A DNA stretch of 64,000 bases from Abditibacterium sp. (GTDB lineage: Bacteria > Armatimonadota > Abditibacteriia > Abditibacteriales > Abditibacteriaceae), in the NCBI GenBank assembly GCA_965199495.1, contig CBDASK010000003.1, forward strand, positions 3,616,001-3,680,000, written 5' to 3'. This document shows, piece after piece, positions 50,651 through 59,650 of this stretch. Positions within the stretch are counted from its first letter, which is position 1; each line of letters starts with the position of its first letter. Made by a program: the position numbers and the translations under genes. Under the pieces are notes generated by a model. That model worked only from the letters and a program-made list of their open reading frames with translations. It was not told where the DNA came from and made no database searches.

Positions 50651-51310
50651 TCAGTCTACTTTCTGCTCTGCGACGATTTTTTCTCGCAAAAACGACAAGA
50701 CCGATTCGCCCGCGCGTTTGGTTCGCACTAAATCGAAGTGCTCCAATGCGGGCAGTTCCACACGGCGCGAGTGCTGCACGACAATGAGTCCATCCGCTCT
50801 TGCGGCGCGCGCAGAAATGACGTTATTTTCAGTATGCTGGTTTTCGATCTCGTTTTCACGCGTTTCGACCCTTTCATTATTCAACAAAATGGGCAACGCG
50901 TCCAACCTTTTTGCGATTTCTGCACCCTCTTCGGGCTTGGCAAACGGCGGGTCAGCGAAAATAAAATCGAACTTCACGCCGTCATCGGCCAATTTCTGGG
51001 GCGCCGTGCGCGCGTTAGCCGACCAAATCTGCGTCAAACCGTCGGCTCGCAACTTTTTGACATTGGCGCGCAAAGCCCGAATCGCGCTATGTTCTAATTC
51101 AACAAAAGTGCAATGCGCCGCGCCGCGCGACAGCGCTTCCAGCCCGACGGCACCCGAACCCGCGTATAAATCTAAAACGCGCGCGTCCACGATCCAGTCG
51201 CCCAACGAATTGAACAGCATTTCGCGCGTGCGCCCGTCGGTTGGGCGCGTCGCGTTGCTGTGCGGAGCCTGTAAAACCTGCCCCAGCCAATAACCACCTT
51301 CGATTCTCAT
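50651..51310 (-). CDS. rsmD: 16S rRNA m2G966 methyltransferase RsmD
   Basis: MRI.GG, TRPT..R.RE.LFN, LDLYAGSGAVGLEALSRGA, FADPPF. Confidence 0.95.
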   Translation of the reverse strand: MRIEGGYWLGQVLQAPHSNATRPTDGRTREMLFNSLGDWIVDARVLDLYAGSGAVGLEALSRGAAHCTFVELEHSAIRALRANVKKLRADGLTQIWSANARTAPQKLADDGVKFDFIFADPPFAKPEEGAEIAKRLDALPILLNNERVETRENEIENQHTENNVISARAARADGLIVVQHSRRVELPALEHFDLVRTKRAGESVLSFLREKIVAEQKVD

Positions 51311-51516
51311 CGCTGACAGTTTGACTGATTGGTGCCTTTCCCATTGGCGTTGTGTTGAGGAGAGAAAGCGGGCATTCCCCCAGCACCCCAAGCGAGTTTG
51401 GAACGTCCTTTGCTTTAGTCCGCCCCACGACTCGATAAGACCGAATTCTCGCCGCAAATTTCATTGTAATTGTGCGATAATTGTCACTCGAATCACCCTA
51501 AATTTCAGGAGTTTTG

Positions 51517-52755
51517 ATGTCCGCTTCATCCTTAGTATCTTCTCACCTTTCGCTTTCCTATCCAATTATCGTCCACTGTCATCTGCACTGGGATTTCGTG
51601 TGGCAACGCCCGCAACAATTTCACTCGCGACTTTCGACGCGCCATCGCATTCTGTTCGTCGAAGGCCCGCGCGTTTATCCCGGCACCATACCGCCGCATT
51701 TTACGTTGCGCCCAAGCGACGAATATCCCGGCGTAACGGTGATGCAGACGCATTTCAACGAAACCGATTGGGCCAAAGGCGGCGCGTTCATTGACGCCAT
51801 GCGTCGCGAATTGCTCGACGAAGCGTTACGCGGGCCACTCAAAGGCAAGTTCGAGCGTGCCGTGCAGTGGTTCTACGATCCGATGGCTGTCGAGTCGCAT
51901 CTGGGCCAGCACGGCGCCGTGGCGACTGTTTACGACTGCATGGACGAACTGTCGCAATTCAAATTCGCGCCGCCCGAACTCATTACGCGCGAGCGCCGCT
52001 TGCTTCACAATTCCGATGTCGTGTTCGCAGGCGGGCGCAAAATGGCCGAGAATAAAACGCGCTTCAACGCCAACACGCACTTTTACGGTTGCGGTGTCGA
52101 TGTCGCCCATTTTGGCAAGGCGCGCGCTGCGGCGACGCTCATTCCCGAAGACATCGCGCATTTGGACGGCCCGATTCTGGGCTATTTCGGCGTGGTTGAC
52201 GAGCGTTTGGATTACGAACTCATCGCGCAACTGGCCGATGCGCGTCCCGATTGGAACGTTGTAATGGTCGGCCCAACCGCCAAGGTTTTGCCCGAAGATT
52301 TGCCGCAACGCCCCAATTTGCATTGGCTGGGCGGACGTCCTTACGAGCAGTTGCCCGCCTACACCAAAGCGTTCGATGTCTGTTTGATGCCGTTCGCGCT
52401 CAATGAGGCGACGGAATATATCAATCCGACCAAAGCCTTGGAGTACATGGCCACAGCCACGCCGATTGTTTCGAGCGCGGTGCCTGATGTCTGCTCCAAT
52501 TTTTCGAGTGTGGTGAAAATTGCCGCTTCGACCGATGAGTTCGTCGCGATGTGCCGCGAACAAGTCGCGCAACCCGACGAAATGGCCGTCGAGCGCGGAT
52601 TGAAAATGGCGCACGAAAACACCTGGGAAGCGATTGTGGCCAAATTGGAAGGCCATATTGATAAAGCGTTGCACCAACGCGAAAACGCCGTGATGAAACT
52701 GCGTTTGCCGGTCGCCGTGCCTCCACTCCAAGGAGCGACGGCAGTCGCGGCCTAA
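51517..52755 (+). CDS. GT-B glycosyltransferase (GT4-like, glf-associated)
   Basis: HL.WDFVWQRPQ, VYDCMDELS.F, GYFGVVDERLD, PFALNEAT..INPTK.LEY. Confidence 0.9.
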   Translation: MSASSLVSSHLSLSYPIIVHCHLHWDFVWQRPQQFHSRLSTRHRILFVEGPRVYPGTIPPHFTLRPSDEYPGVTVMQTHFNETDWAKGGAFIDAMRRELLDEALRGPLKGKFERAVQWFYDPMAVESHLGQHGAVATVYDCMDELSQFKFAPPELITRERRLLHNSDVVFAGGRKMAENKTRFNANTHFYGCGVDVAHFGKARAAATLIPEDIAHLDGPILGYFGVVDERLDYELIAQLADARPDWNVVMVGPTAKVLPEDLPQRPNLHWLGGRPYEQLPAYTKAFDVCLMPFALNEATEYINPTKALEYMATATPIVSSAVPDVCSNFSSVVKIAASTDEFVAMCREQVAQPDEMAVERGLKMAHENTWEAIVAKLEGHIDKALHQRENAVMKLRLPVAVPPLQGATAVAA

Positions 52756-52760
52756 TTCTC

Positions 52761-52843
52761 GTAGAGGCGCAGATTTATCGCGTCTCAAACAGAAGGTTGG
52801 AATTAACCATTCTGTTTGAGACGCGATAAATCTGCGCCTCTAC
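52761..52843. repeat. GTAG-type REP doublet with perfect 34-bp arms
   Basis: gtagaggcgcagatttatcgcgtctcaaacagaa / ttctgtttgagacgcgataaatctgcgcctctac. Confidence 0.9.
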
Positions 52844-52853
52844 TCAACGAACA

Positions 52854-53954
52854 ATGTTTGATTTTCTCATCGTCGGCGCCGGTTTTTCCGGCTCCGTTAT
52901 CGCCGAAAGATTAGCTTCGCAGCAAAATAAAAAAGTATTATTGGTAGATCGTCGTCCGCATATCGCCGGTAACGCCTACGACTATTACGATGACGCCGGA
53001 ATTTTAATTCATAAATACGGCCCGCATATCTTTCATACCAACTCGAAAGATGTTTTCGATTATTTGTCGCACTTTACCGCGTGGCGTCAGTATCAACACT
53101 GGGTCAAAGCCAATGTGGACGGTCAATTGGTGCCGATGCCGATTAACCTCGACACGATTAACCAGCTTTACGGCTTAAACCTCAATTCGATGCAGGTCGA
53201 AGAGTTCTTCGCCAGTCAAGCCGAAAAAGTCGAGCAGATTCGCACGAGCGAAGATGTCGTCGTCTCCAAAGTCGGGCGTGAGTTATACGAAAAGTTTTTC
53301 CAAGGCTACACCCGCAAACAATGGGCGCTTGACCCGTCGGAACTCGATGCGAGCGTCACGTCTCGCGTGCCGACGCGCACCAATCGCGACGGGCGCTATT
53401 TCACCGATAGTTATCAGGCGATGCCGCGATATGGTTTCACGCGGATGTTCGAGAATATGCTCGATCACGATAACATCAAGATTCTGCTCAACTGCGATTA
53501 TCGCGAAGTCATGGATTTCGTGCCCTACAAAAACATCATTTACACCGGCCCAGTTGACGAATTTTTCGACTATCGTTTTGGCAAATTGCCGTATCGTTCA
53601 ATTGATTTTAAGTTCGAGAGCTACGATCAGGAACAATATCAAGTCGCGCCAGTTATTAATTATCCCAACGATTACGCGTATACGCGCATCACCGAATTCA
53701 AATATTTGACGGGTCAGGAACATCGCAAAACCAGCATCGTTTACGAATTCCCGACGGCGGACGGCGATCCGTATTACCCGATTCCGCGCCCGGAAAACGC
53801 CGAGGTTTACAAGCAATATCAAGCGTTGGCGAGCGAGCAGAAAAACGTGTGGTTTGTAGGACGTTTGGCGACTTACAAATACTACAACATGGATCAGTGC
53901 GTGGCGCAGGCGCTCGCGACTTACAAGAAAATCGTGGCGAGCGAAGGGTTATAA
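52854..53954 (+). CDS. glf: UDP-galactopyranose mutase
   Basis: IVGAGFSG, HKYGPHIFHT, LPYRS, YTRITEFK, GRLATYKYYNMDQ. Confidence 0.97.
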   Translation: MFDFLIVGAGFSGSVIAERLASQQNKKVLLVDRRPHIAGNAYDYYDDAGILIHKYGPHIFHTNSKDVFDYLSHFTAWRQYQHWVKANVDGQLVPMPINLDTINQLYGLNLNSMQVEEFFASQAEKVEQIRTSEDVVVSKVGRELYEKFFQGYTRKQWALDPSELDASVTSRVPTRTNRDGRYFTDSYQAMPRYGFTRMFENMLDHDNIKILLNCDYREVMDFVPYKNIIYTGPVDEFFDYRFGKLPYRSIDFKFESYDQEQYQVAPVINYPNDYAYTRITEFKYLTGQEHRKTSIVYEFPTADGDPYYPIPRPENAEVYKQYQALASEQKNVWFVGRLATYKYYNMDQCVAQALATYKKIVASEGL

Positions 53955-55274
53955 ATTCGCGTTTTCTTGGAGAATCTGAACGACGCCGCTGGCGTGGCTG
54001 TTGCCAGCCACGTCGAGCGGCGTTTGTCCTTTGTTATTGCGCGCCGTCGGGTCGGCGCCGCGTCGTAATAATTTGCGCACGATGTCGCCGACATCTTGCA
54101 AATGAGCCACGCGATGAAGCGGCGTATCGCCGTTTGCGTCGCGCGATTTAACGTTGGCGCCGTTTTCCAGTAGCCAATTGACGACGAGCCAATTTCTGTC
54201 GTCAATAGCCTCAGCTAACGGCGTCTGTTCTTTAACGGCTTTATCAAACGGCGTCTGTTTCTGAAAATAATGACCGTTGATATTGGCGCCATAATCGCGC
54301 AAAATCCACAGGGTTTGCAGCGTTAAGTTCGGTGTGTTTCCATGCACATAATTTTTATTAATATAAGCGACGGCATTGCGTCCGCTTTTGTCGCGCGCGT
54401 TGACATCGGCGCCCTGACGCAGTAACCATGAAATTGTCACCGGTTCGCGTTGCTCGGCGGCGGCCATCAGTAGCGTCGTGCCGTCTTTGGCAACTTGGTC
54501 GAGATGGGCGCCCGCTTTCATCAATTTTGGAGCAATTATAAGAACCCAATCGTTTTGAAAGTGCGGGCAATAACTATTGACCGCGTAAAACAAAACGTTG
54601 CGGCCTTTGTCGTCAAGGCGCGTGGCATCGGCGCCCTGTTGTAACAATAATTCGACCGCCGATTGTTTCCCATTTTCTGCCGCCAACATCAGCCACGTCG
54701 TGCCGCCAGTTCGATTATCGTTCCAACTATCGGCGATTTGAGCGGGTGTAAATCGCGCGCCTGCCGCGATGAGTTTCGCCGCATTATGATTGGAGATAAC
54801 CGCGTTGGTCAGCGCATCCGCGCCCTGTGGCGCTTTCAAATCGGCGCCCGCTTCGATATACCAATTCATCGCGTCGTCTTTGTCGTCGCCATACCAACTG
54901 GCGGTTGTGGCAATTGTTAGCGCCGTTTCGCCTTTGTTGTCGCGCAAATTCACGTCGGCGCCTCGGTCGAGCAGCAACCGAATAATAGCCGAATTTTGCA
55001 TCGGATTGCTGCGCTCGACGTAAACGCTGCTCGCCGCCATCAGCGCCGTCGTCCCATCGGCATTGCGCGCGTTGACATCGGTGCCCGCGTCCAACAAGGC
55101 GGCGACGTTTTTCGGATCGTTTTCCCAAATGCTGGCTTGACCGATTAAAGCATCGGCTCCTATATCGTCAGTTTTAAGTGAAGCGGGCGGCGTCACGGGT
55201 TGCGCCCGCAACGGCGCCGCTAACGACAATGCAATGCTTAATGCAAAAACTCTCTGAAAAAAGCGTTGGTTCAT
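53949..55274 (-). CDS. Secreted ankyrin-repeat protein
   Basis: Signal peptide LRA|Q; multiple 'LL..GADVN.RD..G.TAL' repeats. Confidence 0.92.
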   Translation of the reverse strand: MNQRFFQRVFALSIALSLAAPLRAQPVTPPASLKTDDIGADALIGQASIWENDPKNVAALLDAGTDVNARNADGTTALMAASSVYVERSNPMQNSAIIRLLLDRGADVNLRDNKGETALTIATTASWYGDDKDDAMNWYIEAGADLKAPQGADALTNAVISNHNAAKLIAAGARFTPAQIADSWNDNRTGGTTWLMLAAENGKQSAVELLLQQGADATRLDDKGRNVLFYAVNSYCPHFQNDWVLIIAPKLMKAGAHLDQVAKDGTTLLMAAAEQREPVTISWLLRQGADVNARDKSGRNAVAYINKNYVHGNTPNLTLQTLWILRDYGANINGHYFQKQTPFDKAVKEQTPLAEAIDDRNWLVVNWLLENGANVKSRDANGDTPLHRVAHLQDVGDIVRKLLRRGADPTARNNKGQTPLDVAGNSHASGVVQILQENANL

Positions 55275-55343
55275 TGAAGTTATATTATCAATAAATGCGA
55301 GTGTGAGCAAGTCAGAGCGCGATTTGAGTAAAATCAAAAGTCA

Positions 55344-56144
55344 ATGATTCCCGTCACCATTATCGGCGCCGCCGGGCGCATGGGCCGCGAAACCGTGAAA
55401 GCCGTTTGCGCCGATTCAGAAATTGAACTCGTCGGCGCCGTCGGGCGCTCGCTCGCCGGAAATGATGCCGGAGAAGTCGCTGGCATCAGCCACGTCGGCG
55501 TGGCGATTTCGGATGACATCGAAACCGCGCTCAAGAATGCGCGCGTCGCGGTTGATTTATCGGTTCCCGCCGTCGTCAAAGCGAACATCGCGGCGATACT
55601 CGCGGCGGGCGTGGCTGGTGTTGTCGGCACGACCGGTTTGACCGAATCCGATTTAAGCGAATTAGACGAAGCGGCGAAAAAAGCGAATGTGCCGCTTTTA
55701 ATCGCGCCCAACTTTGCCATCGGCGCGATTTTGATGATGCGATTTGCCGCCGATGCCGCGCGGTATTTCGACAGCGCCGAAATTATCGAGCGCCATCACG
55801 ATAAAAAATTGGACGCGCCATCGGGCACGGCTTTTAAAACCGCGCTCGCCATGCGAGAAGCGCGCGGCGCAGATTTCGCGCGCATCGGCGGCGACAGCGC
55901 CGACGAGAATTCGTCCGCGATTGGCGCGCGCGGTGGCGCGATTGGCGGCGTTTCCATTCATTCCGTGCGTTTGCCGGGTTATCTGGCGCATCAGGAAGTC
56001 GTGTTTGGCATGGCCGGACAAACCTTAAAAATTCAGCACGACGCAATTTCGCGCGAATGTTATATGCCGGGTGTGTTGCTGGCGATTAAAAAAGTCTGGG
56101 ATTTGCCGGTCGGTTTGACGTTTGGCTTGGAGGCGATTTTGTAA
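55344..56144 (+). CDS. dapB: 4-hydroxy-tetrahydrodipicolinate reductase
   Basis: GAAGRMG, VVGTTG, APNFAIG, E.HHDKKLDAPSGTA, HSVRLPG..AHQEV. Confidence 0.97.
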   Translation: MIPVTIIGAAGRMGRETVKAVCADSEIELVGAVGRSLAGNDAGEVAGISHVGVAISDDIETALKNARVAVDLSVPAVVKANIAAILAAGVAGVVGTTGLTESDLSELDEAAKKANVPLLIAPNFAIGAILMMRFAADAARYFDSAEIIERHHDKKLDAPSGTAFKTALAMREARGADFARIGGDSADENSSAIGARGGAIGGVSIHSVRLPGYLAHQEVVFGMAGQTLKIQHDAISRECYMPGVLLAIKKVWDLPVGLTFGLEAIL

Positions 56145-56641
56145 TGCGAATCAACTCGGTCGCAATCTTGATTCGGCGCTTCAATGAAGCGGGCGTGCGT
56201 TACCTTATCGCGGGCGGTTTCGCCGTTGTGGCGCATGGTTACTCGCGCTTCACGGTGGATTTGGATTTCGTGTTGGACTTGGAGCCGGAGAACGCCGCCA
56301 AAGCATTGGAGATTTTGAAAGACGAGGGCTACGCGCCGACGATTCCCGTGCCCATTGAACAGTTCGCCGATGCGGAACTGCGCAAAGATTGGGCGGAAAA
56401 TCGCAATATGGTCGCGTTTCCCTTGCAAAGCGAGAAGCACCGCGAAACCAGAGTTGACGTTTTCGTGCGAGAACCTTTCGATTTCGAGCGCGCTCATGCC
56501 GAGCGGTTTCGCGGCGACATCGTGCCCGAACTCACTGCCGATTTCGTCTCGTTTGAGGATTTGATGAAGCTGAAAACCGAAGCCAGTCGTCCCAAGGATT
56601 TGCAGGACATTTATTATTTGCGACAGATCAAATTGCCATGA
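56144..56641 (+). CDS. Pol-beta-superfamily nucleotidyltransferase (DUF6036-like, putative TA component)
   Basis: 'YLIAGGFAVVAHGYSRFTVDLDF', 'VDVF', C-terminal 'L..LK..A.RPKD..DI'; TAATG coupling to dapB. Confidence 0.85.
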   Translation: MRINSVAILIRRFNEAGVRYLIAGGFAVVAHGYSRFTVDLDFVLDLEPENAAKALEILKDEGYAPTIPVPIEQFADAELRKDWAENRNMVAFPLQSEKHRETRVDVFVREPFDFERAHAERFRGDIVPELTADFVSFEDLMKLKTEASRPKDLQDIYYLRQIKLP

Positions 56642-56841
56642 GTAACATCCCCGCCGACTTTCCCGAAATCGATTGGACGGTGCCCGCCGATCCCTACGAA
56701 ATCGCGCAACTCCGCGATGTTGCAAAATGGCCGTTGTGGGAAAAATTGCAGTGGCTTGAATCGGCGCAAGAAATCGCGGATTCGCTGGAAGCATCGCGTT
56801 TGAAGCAGGCCCGTTTGGCGCGCGAGTCACGGCAAAAGTGA
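56638..56841 (+). CDS. Small partner protein of the nucleotidyltransferase (copy 1)
   Basis: ATGA overlap; 67 aa, 'EIAQLR..A.WP.WEKL.WLE.AQ'; paralogue at 58664. Confidence 0.8.
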   Translation: MSNIPADFPEIDWTVPADPYEIAQLRDVAKWPLWEKLQWLESAQEIADSLEASRLKQARLARESRQK

Positions 56842-56876
56842 GTTTTATAGACATGCGCTCGCGCCAACCTTGGTAA

Positions 56877-56990
56877 ATTTTGCGCGCGGGGGTTTCGACG
56901 ACCCAGCGCCCACAGCGCGGTGCCGAAGTCGTGGCGGCGTGCGGCCAACTGCGCGTTTTGCAAGAAAAACCGGCGTTTGGTATCGAGTGA
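56877..56990 (+). pseudogene. 3' remnant of rlmN (radical-SAM rRNA methyltransferase)
   Basis: Unannotated frame reads ILRAGVSTTQRPQRGAEVVAACGQLRVLQEKPAFGIE*, matching the RlmN C-terminal signature R...G.DI.AACGQL; preceded by an in-frame TAA. Confidence 0.7.
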
Positions 56991-57067
56991 ATTCCGCTTT
57001 TGACCCTACGGTTGGCGGGGATCTATCAGCCGCAACTTTTTCAAACCCACAAACTCAATACAATTCT

Positions 57068-58516
57068 ATGAAACCGACTTTTCGCGGCGTTTGGCTGATT
57101 CCGGCGAGTTTTATTCTGGTTTTCGCGGCCCAAGCACAGCCGCAAGATCCGCCGCCGACGGCGGCGGATGAGAGAACTTCGCTGACGCCGCCGATGTCTT
57201 TGGCGGATCTGGAAACATTCATCGGCGGACGCACTTTGCTTTCGGTCGATTTGAAAAATGTGCCGCTCGCCGACGTTGCCAGCGCGCTCGGTCAAGCGGC
57301 GGGTTGGAAAATCACGTCGCCGACCGTGGCTCAGAACCATTACTCATTGCAAGCGCAAAATGCGCCGTTTTGGGAGGCGCTTCTCGACCATTCGCGCCTG
57401 ATTCGCCGAGGCCGCGCCGCCAAAGACAAATCCACCGTTGACCAAACGCAGCTCAATGACTTCAATTTGAGCAAAGACGGCGAGAATTGGCTTTTGCGCG
57501 AATCTGGCGAAATGCCCGCTGGTTACGTCTCGAAAAGTTGGCCGTTTTTGCTGGTGGGAACGCAACTCACGCGCACTCAAAAGGCGTTCTTGGGCGACGA
57601 CGAGATTCAAATTCCACCCAAATCGTTCGATTTCATGCGCTTTCCTCTGACGCCCGCGCCCCAATTTGGCAAGCCCAAAACCGAAGCCGAAACGCCCGAA
57701 ATGCCGCAGGAAAAACGTTGGATGGATGGTTTGGATTTCCAAATCAGCGCCTTCAACGACCCCAAAATCGAGGCGCGTGAACTCACGGTGGAAGTTCTCG
57801 AAGCGACTGACGAACTTGGCAACGATTTGCGAGTGCCGCTCATCGCTCAAAACCGCAATCGCAATTTATATGGCGGCAATTATTATGGCGGCAGCACGCC
57901 AATCACGCTCGCGCTGCAATCGAAGCCGAAAATGGGCAAAAAGCTCGTCAAATTGCGCGGGAATTTGCGATTCCTCATCACCACAAAGCTCCAGCATTGG
58001 GAAACGACGGCTCTCCAAACGCCCGTCAACGGCAACATTTGGCAAGACGGCGGCGAGTTTCAGACCCAATTTTCCGGTCTGAAAAAGGACGCTGTGGGCC
58101 GTGGCGATTGGAGACTGACTTTAACGGCGCAAAGTCGCGGTGACCATTTGCGCCGTTTGTGGAACACGCGCGATTTTGGCACTTTTCTTTTTAACGGTTG
58201 GAAAATGATTTTGACCGACGACAAAGGCCAAAATTTCCGAATTTCCCCTGCTGGCTTACGTGCTTCTTTAACTATGGGCGCTGAGCAACAAAATGGGCCA
58301 CTTTCGCCCGACCGTTCGCCGCTCCCGCCCGATATTTCCGACTGGAAATATGAGGGCGAGGCGAATTTCTATTTCGCAGCGCCACAAAATTCCGGCTCCG
58401 ACGCGCCCGAAATCAAGATGGGGCAGCCGATCAAACTCAGCATTGATTATCCCGCCGAGCAGCGCGAAATCGTGGTGCCGTTTGAATTCGATAATCTGCC
58501 GTTGCCGCCTTCGTGA
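57068..58516 (+). CDS. Secreted hypothetical protein
   Basis: MKPTFRG..AAQA|Q signal; 'V.L..VPLADV...L' N-domain; C-terminal 'VPFEF.NLPLP'. Confidence 0.8.
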   Translation: MKPTFRGVWLIPASFILVFAAQAQPQDPPPTAADERTSLTPPMSLADLETFIGGRTLLSVDLKNVPLADVASALGQAAGWKITSPTVAQNHYSLQAQNAPFWEALLDHSRLIRRGRAAKDKSTVDQTQLNDFNLSKDGENWLLRESGEMPAGYVSKSWPFLLVGTQLTRTQKAFLGDDEIQIPPKSFDFMRFPLTPAPQFGKPKTEAETPEMPQEKRWMDGLDFQISAFNDPKIEARELTVEVLEATDELGNDLRVPLIAQNRNRNLYGGNYYGGSTPITLALQSKPKMGKKLVKLRGNLRFLITTKLQHWETTALQTPVNGNIWQDGGEFQTQFSGLKKDAVGRGDWRLTLTAQSRGDHLRRLWNTRDFGTFLFNGWKMILTDDKGQNFRISPAGLRASLTMGAEQQNGPLSPDRSPLPPDISDWKYEGEANFYFAAPQNSGSDAPEIKMGQPIKLSIDYPAEQREIVVPFEFDNLPLPPS

Positions 58517-58577
58517 GCGCATCGCGCAAACTGTGGTTTGGATGAAAAATTTTAGTTTTGCACGATTCCAATTTGAA

Positions 58578-58667
58578 TTCGAGGATTTGATGAAGTTCAA
58601 AGCCGAGGCGGGGCGTCCCAAAGATTTGCAGGATATTTATTATCTGCGACAGATCAAATTGCCATGA
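58578..58667 (+). pseudogene. 3' fragment of a second nucleotidyltransferase copy
   Basis: FEDLMKFKAEAGRPKDLQDIYYLRQIKLP* versus FEDLMKLKTEASRPKDLQDIYYLRQIKLP*; possible short ORF from ATG 58542. Confidence 0.85.
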
Positions 58668-58867
58668 ACCCAATTCCCGCCGACTTCCCCGATATTGATT
58701 GGACGGTGCCCGCCGATCCGCACGAAATCGCGCAGTTGCGCTCTTTCGCGCAGTGGCCGCAGTGGGAGAAGTTGGCGTGGCTCGAATCCGCGCAAATTAT
58801 CGCGCAATCTCTGGAAAAATCGCGCTTGCAACAGGCGCGCGAACAGGACGGCGCGTCCGAAAAATAA
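58664..58867 (+). CDS. Small partner protein (copy 2)
   Basis: 47/67 aa identical to 56638-56841; same ATGA overlap. Confidence 0.8.
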   Translation: MNPIPADFPDIDWTVPADPHEIAQLRSFAQWPQWEKLAWLESAQIIAQSLEKSRLQQAREQDGASEK

Positions 58868-58881
58868 ACCCGAAAACTCTG

Positions 58882-59637
58882 ATGAAAACGCGAATTATCC
58901 TTGCTTTATGTTGCGGCGCCGCTTTGAGTGCGTCCTCTTTAACGTTTGTTGCTCAAGCCAAAGAGGACGATAACCAGCGCAGTTGGCGCGGCGTGGCTAC
59001 GCTCAAGACGCTTGCCAAAAAAGACAAACGGCATGACATTTCGGTGATTTATCCGATTTTTAGCGGTCATCGCGCTGTGGCTCAGGTTGCGGGCCTGAAA
59101 CTAAAACGCGATGCGATTGATAGTTACAACGCGTTCGAGGAAGAATCGCGCGAACCCGATCCCGATTGGAAAAATGACACGCCCGAATATGAACTCGACA
59201 ACGTACCGACGCTGGTGACGAATCTGCCGCACTTTATTTCGGTTTCGGTGATGGACTGGCAATACACCGGTGGCGCGCACGGATTTGGCGGCACGAGCGG
59301 TTATAATTTCGGCATTCCTGCGGGCGCGAGCCGCCCGCGCCAACTGAAATTAGCCGATTTTTTCACCGATGGCGCGGCGTCATCGAAACGCATCAACGAT
59401 TTATTGATGGCGAAATTGCGCGCCACCAAAGACACCGAACAAGAAGCGAGTTTTGTGCTTGATGGCAGCGTGAAATGGGTGGATGTAAATTCGCGAGAAA
59501 ATTTCGTCGCGCACAAAGACGGCTTGCACTGGTTCTTCGCGCCCTACGAAATGGGGCCGTATGCGGCGGGCGAATTTGAAGTGAAACTCAGCCCGCGCGA
59601 GTTAGGGCCGAAGTTTCGCGCGTCGCTGATAAAGTAA
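58882..59637 (+). CDS. Secreted RsiV/PdaC-like (DUF4163-DUF3298) protein
   Basis: 'YTGGAHG...YNF', 'LKLADFF', 'F.PYEMGPYAAG'; signal peptide. Confidence 0.85.
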   Translation: MKTRIILALCCGAALSASSLTFVAQAKEDDNQRSWRGVATLKTLAKKDKRHDISVIYPIFSGHRAVAQVAGLKLKRDAIDSYNAFEEESREPDPDWKNDTPEYELDNVPTLVTNLPHFISVSVMDWQYTGGAHGFGGTSGYNFGIPAGASRPRQLKLADFFTDGAASSKRINDLLMAKLRATKDTEQEASFVLDGSVKWVDVNSRENFVAHKDGLHWFFAPYEMGPYAAGEFEVKLSPRELGPKFRASLIK

Positions 59638-59650
59638 AATTAAAGGTATC

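Noticed and set aside
51311..51510. GC-rich intergenic segment with possible pairing (ggtgc..gcacc), a candidate ncRNA
   Set aside because: No recognisable family signature by eye; it needs an Infernal/Rfam search.
58293..58577. 124-aa ORF 58293-58667 as a full gene
   Set aside because: Most of it overlaps the upstream CDS out of frame; only the part from 58578 is homologous to the NTase.
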